A stretch of DNA of 64,000 bases from Phallusia mammillata (lineage: Eukaryota): positions 10,044,001 through 10,108,000 of the forward strand of contig OZ281500.1 of NCBI GenBank assembly GCA_965637545.1, read 5' to 3'. Position numbers and translations under genes: made by a program. Under the pieces are notes generated by a model that was not told the DNA's origin, made no database searches, and saw only the letters and a program-made list of their open reading frames with translations. This document shows, piece by piece, positions 37,082-50,359 of this stretch (the first letter of the stretch is position 1; the number at the start of each line of letters is the position of its first letter).

Positions 37082-39000
37082 TTTCCGTTTTGTTTGCAAA
37101 ATTTCGTTTCGAAATATTTCAACATACTGTCAGACAATCACAGGTGTACATCTGCTCTTGCTAATAGATTTCACTGATAACGCGCAGAAAGTGGTCTAAT
37201 CGATTGTTTCTCACCTTTACGACAAAGCAATCAATAAATCTGACAAGTTGGACATCGGATGGGCATTGTTGCGAACAAAAGAGCACAATAGACGAAACAA
37301 TGCGCATTGAAAAGTTTATTGAAACTCGAATTAATACGTCGCCCGCATCAACAAGTATATGCCGCGCGAGAACAATTGACTCCTCTAAAACAGTGCGAAC
37401 TACAAATAGTCTATTAATCGAGCGCTGTCTTTTATTATCGTAAACAAGCTCCCCCGTGTCATACTAATTCCGCTTGTAGCGGTTCGCGGCCACGCAAGAA
37501 ACAATAACTTTTTAATCCCTCCCTTTGGTGCGCACAGTTTGCAAGGCAAACCTTCCACCTATAAGAAATAGTTGGCCATCGAAATGCACGCCACATGGTA
37601 TGTGCCAGCAACAGCACAAACTTGTCAAGCGTTTCTCTGTTATTGTTTCAGTTGTCATTTTGCTCGTACGTAAAAAAAAGTCCGTCCATACTTTGAATAA
37701 AACACTTTGCATTGAGTTTGACATCCTTATGGTTCACACTGCGTTTTAACACAAGACATTTTGCTTACTCGGCAAAAAAACAAGGGAAGAAAACATAAAC
37801 AGTTAAAACGTTTTGGCAAACAAAGCAACTGCAATCAACGATGCTACAAATGTGGGAGATTTAATGCTTTTTGAAAATATCAATCCCGGTTTGTTTTTCC
37901 AATTTGTTTTGGTAATGTTATTCAATTTGGATCAAAAATGATTCCTAACGTTATCCTTAGCATGATAATGTTGTCCTTAGCGCCTTTCCGACTTTTTTGT
38001 AATGTTAGCTCTATTCTAATCTATAACTTGTTTGCGCAGCGGCACGCGCAGTCGTTTCAATCACAAAGTTTAGTTCGATGACTGACCGATACCATTATTT
38101 GCATAAGTGATAAAATTCGTTAAAGGGAAGTACGCACACTTCAAATTCAAAAACACTCCGCAATAAAATACCATTGGAAGACATCTGGGAGTTCAAAAAA
38201 CTTAGAAAACGTTCATATCGAAAAGTACGAAAAATCCACTAGCAGAGGAAGTATTTCGGACGTTCGGCTGCCAAATCGCGACAATTCGACCCATTGGTGA
38301 AATCTTATCTGCATACATCGCAATTGTGTTCAGCCTACAAGCTTATCAAAATCGCATTGTTTTGCAATCGTTTATCATTTTCTTGCTGTTGGCAACACGA
38401 TAGCCGTTGCATTAGACTAGGAAATGCAAACAAAGGTAATGATGATAGGCACTGACACACTGCAGCAACGCCCCCCATGCGACCGCGCATGCCTAAAGAT
38501 AACAACAATCAAGTTTTGGTTTTGTCATATGTGCAACATTACTACATTTTAAAATAATAAACTTTATTTTTCCTAACATTTTCATCTGATGTAACCATTT
38601 CCGTGTGTCGATGCAATATTTACGTTTAAACATTTTGTTTTCACTATAAAAATAACTTTCAGCAAACAAACGAAGAAAATGCTTTATACACAGGCATTTC
38701 TTCTATTCTTCAAGTGAATGTAGGCAACTTTCCCCGACTATTTTCCTGTTTTTGTACAAGTGCTGCAAAACTTATTTATCAATGCGTTAGGAGCAAACTA
38801 TCGTCACATAATGATATATTATTCGTATTTCTGCATCAAAATTTTACGTTAAAAAAATAAATATTTTGTTTTATGGCAAAAACAAAATAACAATATGGTT
38901 CAAGTAATGATTCTTGTGGAAACAAAACTTTGAAGAACGTTAGTAGCTTCTAGCCATGAATTTCGTGTTGAACCTACAAACTTTATCTTTGCCACACGCC

Positions 39001-39220
39001 TTCTTATCTGGCTAACAATGGAAACAGCATTACGCGAGGAAATGCAAACACGTGTTATCGGATGCGCAAACAATGCTAATACCGATAGAGACTTGAATAC
39101 CGCAAAGCATTATCTGAAACCATGCAACCTGATTATCGAATGGTCGGAAATCCTAAGATATCGCGTTTACCCTGTTTCAAACCAGGATACCGCATCGTTA
39201 CCAAAGAGTGTTCGGAAACA
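39001..39220. promoter_or_regulatory. Candidate nodal enhancer: dense GATA plus ETS (GGAA/GGAT) site cluster
   Basis: About seven GATA cores and five to six GGA(A/T) cores within 220 bp, ~1.9 kb upstream of the nodal TATA box. Motif inference only. Confidence 0.45.
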
Positions 39221-41009
39221 ATACGCCAACTTTTATAAATACACATACTCTATTGAACAAGTGCTTTTCAAACGAAAAAGCTGATTTTTACGTACACTGC
39301 TTGTTGGTTTCAATTGCTTCACAACCTTATTTAAATGATAACAAAAATATGCCAATTCCCAACATTTTTGTTGCTTCTATAAACTGCTGAAGTTACAAAG
39401 ATCAAACGTAAAACGTAAACTTGCATTTTGCTCTGGCAACTTTTGGTAAAGTAATCAGCTCCGATGCACTAATTTATTTGCATAGCAAGCAGCACGCGTA
39501 GACACCGATAAGTTCAAACACCATCATCTGTCAGATGCAGTATTTGCACAAGCGACAAGAAAGTCACACTTCGAAAGGAAACCTGGATAAGTATTACCAC
39601 AACCAAAATGTTTGATCGTTAAATTTTGTCTTATGTTCCGGTTCGATTGAACTCAACGTGTTAAAGAAACCTTTGCGCCTGTGTTCAGTTGGGTCGTTTT
39701 AAACAAATTTTTTTCGCGATAATAAAGGTGAAGTGGAATTCGACTTTGCAGTATACAGGGCGATTAGAAGAGTGTAGAAACCATTTGCGTTCATAAAACG
39801 TTCAATTCAGTTTTGCACATCTGGACAGCATTTTTCTATTCGTCGGAAACAGCGAAAGTGCGTATTAAAATCCCGCTAACAAATTAGAATCTGTATCCGT
39901 AACAATGACGAAGACCGCTGGTCGGCCCGGTGTGAGCGCACAATGCACTGACAAATGTCCTATTATGCAAAATGCAACTTTGTTATTAATCGTAGCAGAC
40001 GTGGTGTGAATTATAGAGGTATTACTATTGTTTCCACACATTGTGCGCACGCGTTCTCAACAATGCCTTTTGTCGGCGTTCTACCTGCGTGGCAGCGCGA
40101 CAGAGATCGTGAATCGACGATAAGAGAATTCCGAACAATTGCCGATATACAACTTTGCAATTGTGTTTCTATATTAGATACAACAGCTATCGCCGGTTTT
40201 CCTGTAGTCCTTCCGCAAGTTTGCCAAGTTGGCGTTGCAGACGCGAACAGATTATCGCACATGGAAGTTAACATATTTTACGAAATACTACAATTTTGTC
40301 TGGAATTATCAAAACAAACAATAATTTTTAATTCTATGTTAATATTATCAAGTTTTAACCAGTTTTTTTCCACAACAAATTTAAATTTTGTTACATATTT
40401 TTAATCAACCTTTTATGCAAACATGTGAATTTTTGTATTTATCTGTTTAAGTCTGAACAGAGAAGCTGTGGTTTAATACTTTGCTGGTATTTAAAATATT
40501 ACTTTTTGAAGTTACAAAATTAAAACAGGGAGGTTGGCAATAATTTTTTGATAGTTTATGCACTTAAGCTGAAGCGGACAAATATACCACCAGGTTTCAC
40601 ATCTGTTTTATTTAAAACAATTATGGGTCTGCCATGACATACGGTAACCTCATGTTACGGCTGTAGGTTCGTTGCAAGTCGCTGGCTTTTCTGACGAACC
40701 AAGCTCTTTAATTCGGCCGCAAATGAGAGAAATGTAAACAGTGACCCATAGACGCAACAAAAACTGAGGGCAAAATCAATGAGCGCTGGACCAATGGCAC
40801 AGAGGCCTTACTGTGTTTACATTGTCACCTGCACGAACATCATCAAGGCTTGGCATACGGGCAAATCGTTCTCTCTCTCCCTCTCTCTGGCCGAATCGCC
40901 AGGCGGCAAGATGCTAGAGGAGAAAAAATGAACGCGGGTCCTGTTCCCATCCAGACTGCACGAGAGCTTCATCCCATTGTGCGGAGAAAAAATGCCCGCC
41001 GGGACATCG

Positions 41010-41016
41010 TATAAAT
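41010..41016 (+). promoter_or_regulatory. Putative nodal TATA box (TATAAAT)
   Basis: Followed by a short candidate non-coding exon ending CAG|gttt (~41057) and an AT-rich intron ending tttcag at 41346, just before ATG 41394. Confidence 0.5.
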
Positions 41017-41393
41017 GGATCGAGAAAAGGTGACAAGTATCACATTCGCCCAACAGGTTTAAATTGAAACAGTCGGCGCAGTAGCATGATTTGTTATATG
41101 GTGTTAATTTATTCAGAACAAATTAACAGGCGCAAAAGCCATAAACATGGAAAATGAAAACTATTTTAGAAAGTTTAGGAAATTTGGAATAATTTTGTTT
41201 TAGCAATACTGTATAATTTAATTTTACGAAGAAAGGTGCCTTATTTATGATAATGAGCTTTTACAGAACATAGTCGAATTGCAATTTTGTTGCCATAAAT
41301 TGGTGACTTTTGAACAGCAACTTAATATCTTTGTGATTTTTTTCAGAGATTGACGACTTAAAAATATTTACACTGACATTTGAAAACATTACT

Positions 41394-43901
41394 ATGGATA
41401 TGACACAAGTATCGTTCTGCATCGCCATCGTGGCTTTTTTACTATCATGCGTTCATCCTTCCGCTAACGGAGCCAACCTCCGTCAACAAATCGACTTGGA
41501 ATCGAGTCAGGGCAATCTCTTTACCGATCTGCGGGATTCGGAAGTCTTATCGCCGCCGACTCATATCTCCGATGAACATCCGACTTCAGCTGCACGCCCG
41601 TCAGCACCATCACCGCCCAAAATGGCGTCGCGCACCGACCATGCAGTATCGTACGATCTCGACTCGTCCATGGACGCAGTTCCACAACATATGAGAGATT
41701 TTCATTCGCGAGTGCTGAAACATATTCATGCTGCCTCCGAATCGCATACCGATGATCTAGCCACCAAGGCTTCATCCGAATTTATGCTCTCACTATACCA
41801 CCACCAAGAAACTGAGTCAACAAGCAGCCCAAAAGATATCAACAGCAAGCAAGGAAAGGCTCTGAAAAAATCTGACATCGTTCGAAGCTTTAGCGCAATC
41901 GGTAAGTTTTTTTTTATATATAACCGCAACTAAATTAAAGCTAAATGACAAAGCTAAATGTTTTTGTTAGGCCCCCAAATATTTGTTTTAACAAAATCAA
42001 CCGCGTTGTCTGCGTATCTGAGATGAGACAATTTTGTGTATTGGCGCGCCTATTCACACGGTGTTGCATTGCACTTCTTATCGAGCAAAATAATTCCTCC
42101 CTTCCGACCCACTAAGTCGCGACTTACGAAGATTTCAACCAAGTAGCCCATAATAAATCGACCCTTCAAAAAGTGTGCTTACCACCCTCGAATAAAGCGT
42201 TAGTAGGGCGAAATCATAATTTACCTCCTTTGAAGGCGCTGGGCCTGGTATCGCGGCTAAAGTATGACAAATTATCATTCAATTTATAATTCTTCCGACA
42301 TAAATATTTACCACATAGATTTAACGACCACGCCATAATTGCAAATACCCTTCTCCAGACATGTTTGTGTACGCGACCCAAGCTTTTCGTGGCCACGTCA
42401 TTTGTCAACGAAAAGTGTTTCGGACAAAATTCGATTGTTATGTAACAATGTGCGCTCGTGTACCGCTGCTTTGTTTGCTATTGTTTAGTCTGTGTGCAAT
42501 ATATCGCTCATAAAAACGAACAAATGAGCGGACAAAGAACGGCAAAGATCAAACAGGCGCTCCACGCGTAAACGACCCGTCACTTGTGTATTGCTCCACT
42601 GCATCTCAATTCGCCAGACCATCCCATTTCTAACCAAATCGTTTTCTTATTGCAGAATCATACAAGCAAGCAGACACTTGGGTCATCGTGTTCGACCTGT
42701 CGGCCATTTTGCAGCGGGAAAGAATTCGTCTTTCCGAGTTGAATCTCAAAGTTCCCCGTGACTACAATGACGTCACTAAAATCGAACTAATAGACGAAAG
42801 AGCCACTTCCGAAGATGGTGTCACGACATTGTCGAGGAGAAAAATCGCCTCCACGCATTTTAATGCACGACAAATGCCTACAAGTCAAAAGTAAGTACAC
42901 ATTCCATAATACAAACATATGTTCATTTTTTTATAAGCAATAAAAATAAACCTAGATTGTATATTGGATTTTAAACATCTATCTCTATTTGCAGAGTTTC
43001 AATTGACATCACACGCATGATTCGTCGCTGGTATAATGAAAACGAGAAGCGAACAGATAAGAGTTCCGAACAAGAAACCATTGATGATCTCGTCAATGAA
43101 AGAAGTGGGTTGTCAGACGAAAATCCAACCCTATTCGTATTCTCAAGCAACAAACAACTAGATTTGATTGAAACTGTGGCCGCTCATCAAACCAGAAGCA
43201 GACGTTCCTCCGCGACCCGCGGTCAGCGCAAAGTTTACAAAGGACGCTCTGGAAAAAGGAAAAGCCGAAAGCTCTCCAGAAAGCGTAACAAAACCGACAA
43301 ATCGCGACGATTGCACAGTAACTCCGACTCCAACAGGATCGAGGAAAATGTGTACCAGTACGACATGGTATCCACAAATAGTCTTGAATTCGGAACCCAA
43401 ATCGGCCAAAAGAAGAAAACAGACTCCCGCGTAACAGACGAAGTAATGATGTGGAAAAAGGAACAGAGTGAAGTGCGGGTCGTCGCTACGAAGAAAACCA
43501 CCCATGAATCTGAAAGCAAAAAGTCACCGGTTAAGCCAAACCCCTTTGGCTTCAGCTTTCGATTCCGTACTTTGGAGCCCATTGAGCCAACTCATTGCCG
43601 TCTTGTGCCTTTTGAGGTAGATTTCGAAAAGATCGGATGGGGTTCTTGGATTGTCCATCCCAAAAAATACAACGCCAACCGATGTGTCGGACATTGTAGA
43701 AACCCCACTGTTCACGGAGCAAAACCAACCAATCACGCTTATTTACAAAGCATTCTTTCCAACCAACATGACTCAAACGTGCCTGAGCCATGCTGCGTCC
43801 CAACTAAACTGAAACCAATCAGCCTTCTTTACCTGCAAGACGGAGAAGTTCATCAGCAACAACATCAGGATATGGTTGTAACAGAATGTGGATGTCGATA
43901 A
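41394..43901 (+). CDS. nodal: Nodal (TGF-beta superfamily ligand precursor)
   Basis: Exons 41394-41901, 42656-42890, 42995-43901 (intron phases 1, 2). Signal peptide; prodomain SDIVRSF and WVIVFDLSAILQRERIRLSEL; furin site RSRR; cystine knot CRLVPFEVDFEKIGWGSWIVHPKKYNANRCVGHC..PTNHAYLQS..CCVPTKLKPISLLY..HQDMVVTECGCR, which carries Nodal-diagnostic IGWGSWI and PTNHAY. AATAAA at 44008. Confidence 0.93.
42035..42592 (+). promoter_or_regulatory. Two FoxH1-consensus sites (TGTGTATT at 42035 and 42585) in the first coding intron of nodal
   Basis: The identical 10-mer TTGTGTATTG occurs twice, each near AGAC/GTCT Smad-box cores, and matches the FoxH1 consensus TGT(G/T)(T/G)ATT. Confidence 0.5.
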
Positions 43902-46078
43902 CTTGCTATGTGGTAGTGTTTATGTTAACGCTAGTTAAAGTTCCAGCGCATACTAATGAATTTGCATGTTGAGTTCTAACCATATTTGTTTCATCGCGTT
44001 TTGCTTTAATAAATTGTTTACCTTATCATTGTGTTTGGCGTCAAACTGGCAAATTAGATAGATCAGTTTGATCTTGGGGTGACAAAAATATCGTGTTACT
44101 TTCATTGCAACTGTTTTATACTGTTTCCAGACAAGTTTTTACATACCCATGTAATCTCAAAGCAAGAAGCTCACACTCACACACAAATTAATGACAGCAA
44201 TATGGAACATAAACATTATAAAGTAATGCTGAACTAAGTTTGAAGTAATAAAGTGATGTTAAGCTAAGACACATCTGGGCATTCATAAAAGCAAAAAAAT
44301 GCACTAGCCTGATCCCAAATTTAGCTGTTCGTTCCAAAGAAGGATCTCGCATTAGGTCAAGCAATAAACAAGTCGCCCGAAGCTAGTTAAAGCTTTTAAT
44401 CACAACTAGGCATTTCGCAAGTAACCAAAACACTTGCTGAACTTGAATTTCACAGTGCTGACTGTGCTGCAGTGAAACCTTCGACAATAAACAAAGGCCG
44501 TCGTGACGTCATAAACGAAAAAGTGAAACCTTTTTAATGATTAACAATGGCACACATAGAGATATCTATACTGTAGGAAATACCAAACCGAACGTTTCCA
44601 GTCAGAATATTTTTGAAAAGGTCAAGACGCCGGTGGGGTGGTGCTTTTTTTCCACTACACAACCGAATACAAGAGATTGAACCTAAATGATGGAATTCCA
44701 ATGTAGCTTAACTGGCCAACAGTTTTGCAGTGTGACTGGACGGTACACCCAATCATATTTCTTTTCACGCAATTAAAACATTCCTGCTATTGCAAAAAAA
44801 ACATATTGGGAATAACAACCTATAAATACCTCTTGCGAAGCGAAAAAGTCGTTCACTACGTTTTTACAAGCTGCCAGACAAACACTGTTTACAATGGATA
44901 ATCGTGTTGCGTTATAGATTTAGTTCTGTGTGTTTATACATTTAAAAAAATATCGCTTTAAAAACTTTAAAGGTTCTGTGACAATGGGCCGAAAAAGTCA
45001 AGTATTACGCTTTTAAAGTTGTGTTCGAAACAATGGCTGATTAAATTTGGCAAATCGCAGCGAATATTAAGTACACCATCATTAACAACCACATGGGCTT
45101 TTGCAAAGCGTTAACCGCTTTAATGTTTACTATTACAGAACATAGTATTTGACCTCACGGTTTCAATCGCCTCAAAAGGGCAATATCACCCAAAAATCCG
45201 TAATGGCAAAAAAACGCCGGACGTATGTTAACCTTAGTTTAGAATACCGGCAACAAAAATATTTCGTACACATTGATTTGCAATTGGGGACTAGACAGAT
45301 TTGTATTTTTTTGCTCGGTAAAACAGCACTGCAACAATAAAAGACTACTACATGCACGACAAACCAACAAGATAAAAACGCCCTATTCTTTTCTAACGCA
45401 TATAAATAACAAGCAATTGCACAGTCATCAATAAGTCGACTCATTGTGTTTGCCAACAAGCGCACAACTAAATAAGTTCATAATTTAATGCAGATGTGCC
45501 CACTTTAACACTGCCTAATAATTCAAACACATACGCCAGTACAAATGTTACCAAGATGTATGGGGGCACAAAAGCATTTCATATTGGAGTGTAAAAAGAT
45601 TCATGTTATTATGCAAACAATGTTACACTCAAGTGCATCGTGAGCAAAACGTTGTTTTTTAATACAACTTCAACTGGTTTTAAGCCAAATTTAAAAGAAA
45701 GATAGGTGCGATTATGTATCACGTGTTTGACTTTAGCGCTGATAAGCTGTTGATTTTGAAAATCCCAAAAAGTAAAAAACGAACTATAAACTTGCCCTCA
45801 ACCAATATTTTACGAAACCTGAATTGAGAAAAAATGGATTGTTTCAAAATCGAATTTACACTGTTTTAACTTCGTTTTTAATTCTCTACCTCAAACACGT
45901 TGTTTGAAGTCAACTTCTGCAGATTACAAATATAACACAACAACCATATAAAAAGACCACGGAAACAGAGATGCACTTGTTCTTCACAAAAGAACTGTAT
46001 ATTTTCACTGACTCGACGTAAGTGCTTGACACGAAACATAAGCCTTGAAAATCGTATGCCGACATACAACACAGCATG

Positions 46079-49000
46079 TCAGCCTGGTCTGTTAAACAAT
46101 TTTTCCAGTTTTTCGCAAGATGGAGTGGTCATTTTTTCAGCTCTATTAACAATGTCTTGACTTCCAAAATACAGTCCTTTCCGACGCATGTTCTCTTCTG
46201 CATTGTTGACAAACATTTTATATACTGCTTTTATTTGTTTTGTCAGTAATAAATTTGAAACTTACTGTTAATTCGTTCTTGGTAACAACCAGAACGCAGA
46301 TTTTCCACATAATCTGCTTCAATTGTTTCCTCCAATCTTTGTAATGATATTCCTCCTTGTTTGTATTGTTTTTCAAAATCCTTTCTCACAAAGTAACGGA
46401 CGTTTAAATTGACTGTGTGTTTCTGGTATGCATATTCACTGCAAAACAAACGTGTATCAAATCAATTCTGGAATGGCGGCTTGGAAGTAAAATCTAATTG
46501 AAAACAAATATTTTTACCCTTTGCGATGCAGTGAATATACTGGGTCGGAGACAAACAAATTGCCGAAAAGAGACATTATAAAGATGAGCAGAATCGGAAG
46601 AAGTTGAATCCACACAACTGGATTGCCCTAAAAGTAAAAACAAAGTTTATTATATACTCCTGTCACAATACAAGAATGACCCTGCATAAATCGTTATCTT
46701 TGCTTAGTTTATATCTTCATCATAACATGGCCTATTTTGCTGGACTTTTGTAATTAATTGTTCCAGTGTGGTCTTTTCCACCTGATGTGTTTCATGATTT
46801 TGATGTCTATGTTGTGCTCTTCTGTCATAGTAGTAGGTGTTTCCTTGTCGAAACACTCTTACATTTTCTGAAAAAAACATCCAATCATTGACATCTTGCA
46901 AAAACACAAGCAACAACCACTTACCATTAGGGTAACCACCACCAAAAAACATGTTAAAGAACTCATTTGGATCAAATTCCATGTCCTCATTGTCACTACT
47001 ATTTCTCCTTCTTCTTCTGTTAACTTGAACTTCTTCTGGTCCATACAGGTCATATCTCCTTCTTTGTTCTGTATCACTCAACACTGCATAAGCTTTTCCC
47101 ACAGCTGAAATGATAATTTATAATACAGCATGACTCACAAAATAATAGAACCACAGTAAATAGTTAAATACAAGATTCCTAAACTTTTCCTGAATGTGGT
47201 CTTGGGATTATTAAAGTGTTTGCTCATACAAATGTTTCTTAACCGCAGGGTTTGTGAAATGTTTTTAGAAAGCTCCCTATTATCACCTCAATTTTTTTGC
47301 ACTGTACTACATGTTCATGCAGTCTGTGAATGGTTATGTCAAAAATAGTTTAAGACCTAACAGAAGTTTGGCTATTTTCATCACTGATATTAAACAATAC
47401 TCAGCCCTAGATTATGGCAGTAGAGCAATGTTTTGTTACAAACCTTTGAAGGCATCTGTAGCACCTGGTGCTGAATTTTTGTCTGGATGGAGCTGCAAAG
47501 CCATTTTTCTGTAAGCTTTTTTAAGTTCATTGTCATTGGCTTCTTTTGTAACTCCGAGAATGTCATAAAAATCTTTAACTTTATTCACCCTTCAGACAAC
47601 ACAAAGCAAATGTTACAATTCTGTCATGAAATAATATATTTTAGTTGTGGCTGTTGACCAAACAAAAATCCAGAGTGCAGTGAAATAAAAACAAACTATA
47701 TATACTTGTTTTATACAAACTGCATGATTTACCTCAAGTACCACTATTAAACCTGCATTTGGTATCTTTTTGTATGGTGAATCCTGACAATGTTACTTTT
47801 GAAATCAGAAACGAATGGGTCTCTATATGCCTGTACTTGTGACATATCAACGATATGGATAGGGTGTAATTACTTCTTCACCGTATAAACTTAAAAAAAG
47901 TGACGAAAAAGGCATTGAATGCATGTGTTAATTCAACACTAACTGTTTTGCCTTTGTTTACAATATTTTAACATCATTAGCACGGCGTAAAGAAGATCAT
48001 AAGAGAACACTTAAAAAAAATGTCACAACCAATTCAATTTAAAAGTGTTGTATGTGAAGCCGTTAGGCACTATTATTTAATAACAATAACGTTGCGTTAG
48101 CTGGGATGTGTCCAATTAAAGCTTTGAAACATTTACAAATTCTATCAGAAAAGGAACAGTATTTTAACACTGACAATCAACATAAATTGTCAAGTTTCCA
48201 ACCATTTACGTTATTCTGTAACTATTTATGTTATATCCTCTTGATATGCGATAGCCAAGTGGGCAATACCCCTCAATGAAATTTACCATATTTTACGGAC
48301 TATAAGGCGCAATTTAAATCCTTATTTTCCTCATAAATTGATCATGCGCCTTATAAGCTGGTGTGCCTAATGTATGGATCAAGTAGTGCTTTATTGCCTA
48401 CATTATATTACTAAACCACCGTCTTACACAATAAACTACGGTAAAAGCAACTAGCAACTGTGATATTCACTAGACTAATTTTTTCTTTTGCTCATTGGAC
48501 TATTTTGACTTGCTTACATTTATTACAGAACAAGTAAACATTTATAACCCATACTCCTTAAAATACGTTGCGTTTTATAGCCCGGTGCGCCTTATGTATG
48601 AACAAAAAACTAATCAAAGCAATTTATTGACAGTGCGCCTTATAATCGGGTGCGCTTTATGGTCCGTAAAATACGGTAAGTGCTCTCAGTAAAATGCAGA
48701 TTTTGCATTTGTTTAATTGCTTCCCAACTTTCTTGTTTGTGTCAAGGGGGAAACCATACACCAAAAACAACTTATTACCACTATAAGCCAACAAATCAAA
48801 CTCATGAAACCCAAAAACCCAATACTTTTAAATTGAAAAAAAAACTAACTGAGGAAATGCCATTAATTTTAAAGCAGCTAGCGCGATTAATTTCCTTTAC
48901 ATTAGCCCATACGGCCAATGTCTTGTCACCAGCTGCAGTGATAAACCTTTTTTGGTCAAAAAATTGTGAACTGTTTGTAGCTTAACTTTCTTTGAGTATT

Positions 49001-50359
49001 TATAGCTTAATTTTCAATTTTTTTAATGTCATTTTCTTTGTTGACATGGAAGTGACCTGCTTACGGTGTGGGGCATGTGGTTGGGTCGACTAGGGTCAAA
49101 ATTTGTATGGACCAACTATGGATGCCTTTCTGTGACATATTAAATTCAAAAAGACTTTTTCTTATTAACTACATAGATAATGGAGACTGAGTCAAAACTG
49201 CGTTGTGTTTGTCCGCACCAACCATCTTAATGGTAATATATTACAGTTTTTTGTTTCCTGATTGCTATTAACCAACAAATAATGCTTTCGGCTTTAAATT
49301 ATTCAAAGTGCTAATAATTAGTGATGTACCGAATCGGCTAAATTTCGATTCGGCCGAATCAACCGAATCATTTATGATGCCATGCGAAGTCGTATGCTAC
49401 GCGTTTGACATGAAAATTTTTTTTATCTACCAGGCAGCCAGTGCAAAATAGTTGTGTTTCGTCCTTATTTCAGTTCTGTGGGGTTTAAAATTGCCTTAAG
49501 CATGATTGGCAACCTGCCAATGAATTACTAATTTTTTTGACTACCGTGGGAAAAACGATAATGTGTTGAAAAAGATAAACATTGACGAGATAAACAGAAA
49601 AAGATAAACATTGAATTTTCGTTATGTTTGGGCTTTTGAAAGATTGCGTGGACCATAATAAGCAGAAAAGACACGTTTAACGCTTTAAATTTGTGTTCGT
49701 AAAAGATTCGGCCGAATCGCAACAAATTATTCGCCCGAAACCGAATCTTTGCAAAAATGATCGATTCGGCCGAATAAATTCGGCGAACCGAATATTCGGT
49801 ACATCTCTACTAATAATGTGATCAACTCCAATAGTTCACATTGATCCTAGCTAGCACTTTTGGCCTAATACATGTAATATAAAACACCAGGTACAAACTT
49901 ACTTGTCAACTAAGCCTTTTTGTTCAGCGGTATATTTTGGGGTGGATTCTGCACTGCTTCCATGCAGATTAGAGAAATCAGGCATGGACTGGCTTCCCCC
50001 AGAGGGCTTTTTCTGTCTTGTTGAAGAATGGTTAGAAGACTTTGAGGATGAGTTTAAAATGCGCTCCAGAAGTTCTGCATGTATTAACATGTATATACTA
50101 TTGTACAATGAAACAGAAGACAAAGTATGTGCTAAATACCTCATAATCAATTACATAAACTTCATGATGATTTGCTAACTGTACATATCGATCAATACAC
50201 TAAATACACACATAAATGAAACGTACCTTCAGCTTGTTTCAATGGATAAAGTTTGTTCGACTTTTTTAAAAACCTTTGTGCTTTGTCGGTGTCTCCCTTA
50301 CTATAAGCAGTTTGTGCAATACGTAAACATTTCTGCGCTTCTTCCCGGTTACTTTCCAT
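46079..50359 (-). CDS. DNAJB12: ER-membrane J-domain co-chaperone DNAJB12/DNAJB14
   Basis: Exons (-) 50359-50227, 50074-49903, 47589-47444, 47104-46925, 46867-46782, 46627-46518, 46438-46266, 46197-46079. [12 protein letters not shown]-terminus, J domain [71 protein letters not shown] and a DUF1977-type C-terminus. Confidence 0.93.
48286..48676. mobile_element. Tc2/pogo-type MITE in a DNAJB12 intron
   Basis: TIRs CCATATTTTACGGACTATAAGGCGCA / TGCGCTTTATGGTCCGTAAAATACGG, TA on both sides, and internal TGCGCCTTAT repeats. Confidence 0.85.
49319..49809. mobile_element. hAT-type MITE, inverted second copy of the 19487-19969 element
   Basis: Same TIRs and internal sequence in reverse orientation, with a perfect 8-bp TSD CTAATAAT. 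Confidence 0.9.

Noticed and set aside
39955-40404. 149-aa ORF upstream of nodal
   Set aside because: No domain, it runs into AT-rich low-complexity sequence, and it is more plausibly regulatory DNA.
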